From a virus, in the IMG/VR virus record IMGVR_UViG_3300048924_000031, positions 1-48,691 of that record: a DNA stretch of 48,691 nucleotides. The stretch is one strand, 5' to 3'. The position numbers and the translations under genes are program-made. Positions within the stretch are counted from its first letter, which is position 1. Each line of letters opens with the position of its first letter. A model generated the notes under the pieces. The model did not search any database and was not told where the DNA came from. It saw only the letters and a program-made list of their open reading frames with translations. Shown here piece by piece: positions 48,594 to 48,691 of this stretch.

Positions 48594-48691
48594 CATGTCA
48601 AACACACAAGAAGCAGAGCTCGAATACCTGCAATGGTTTCATTGCAATGCTGACTTTGGTCCCGCTGAGAGTGACGTTCGTTACTATCTGA
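48565..48691. repeat. Terminal duplication, copy 2 (identical to 1-127); includes a partial second copy of ORF 31..186 from 48595
   Basis: Exact identity read directly. Confidence 0.95.

Noticed and set aside
1-48691. A search for CRISPR arrays, rRNA or tRNA genes, reverse transcriptase (retron or DGR), integrase and attP.
   Set aside because: I found no spaced direct-repeat arrays, no cloverleaf candidates, no RT motifs (YxDD) and no recombinase motifs in any long ORF. This is limited to inspection by eye.

Overview
The window is one complete dsDNA tailed-phage genome. Its unit length is about 48,564 bp, because bases 1-127 are repeated exactly at 48565-48691. This indicates assembly overlap of a circular or circularly permuted molecule. 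The virion is siphovirus-like: it has a tape measure, a major tail protein with an Ig-like domain, a J-like tip protein and no sheath. The host is Gram-negative, judged from the Rz/Rz1 spanins and sigma70-type promoters. I found no rRNA, tRNA, CRISPR array, integrase or CI-type repressor.

Layout:
- A compact divergent switch lies at about 45.6 kb.
- The leftward early operon (45.5 to 33.6 kb) runs Cro-like HTH, PD-(D/E)xK nuclease, replication organiser, DnaB, RusA, about 30 small ORFs and an HNH endonuclease.
- The rightward early operon (45.7 kb, across the window junction, to 0.98 kb) runs RecE-like exonuclease, an unknown protein, SSB and two HTH paralogues.
- The leftward late block (33.2 to 29.2 kb) runs lambda-S-like holin, TerS, TerL and a minimal C5-methyltransferase-like protein.
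- The portal and head-morphogenesis genes lie on the opposite strand (25.6-29.2 kb), each as its own promoter-gene-terminator cassette.
- A long leftward head-to-tail block spans 24.5 to 4.3 kb.
- A rightward accessory block (1.96-4.27 kb) is partly GC-rich and includes an Rmf-like ORF.
- An endolysin-spanin cassette without a holin lies at 1.86 to 0.92 kb.

The most interesting observation is a 316-aa class-1 intein in the head-morphogenesis gene (28137-29084). Its endonuclease slot seems to be filled by a 280-codon HTH plus Vsr/PD-(D/E)xK-like gene on the complementary strand, in exact codon register with the intein.

Other leads:
- a dispersed 14-bp palindrome, GTTCTCCGGAGAAC
- two antisense moron-like units inside the structural operon
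- an SGNH esterase in the neck module
- a holin unlinked from its endolysin, behind a repeat-rich leader
- an SSB whose DIPF tip is not C-terminal

All family names come from motif recognition by eye. No database search was run.
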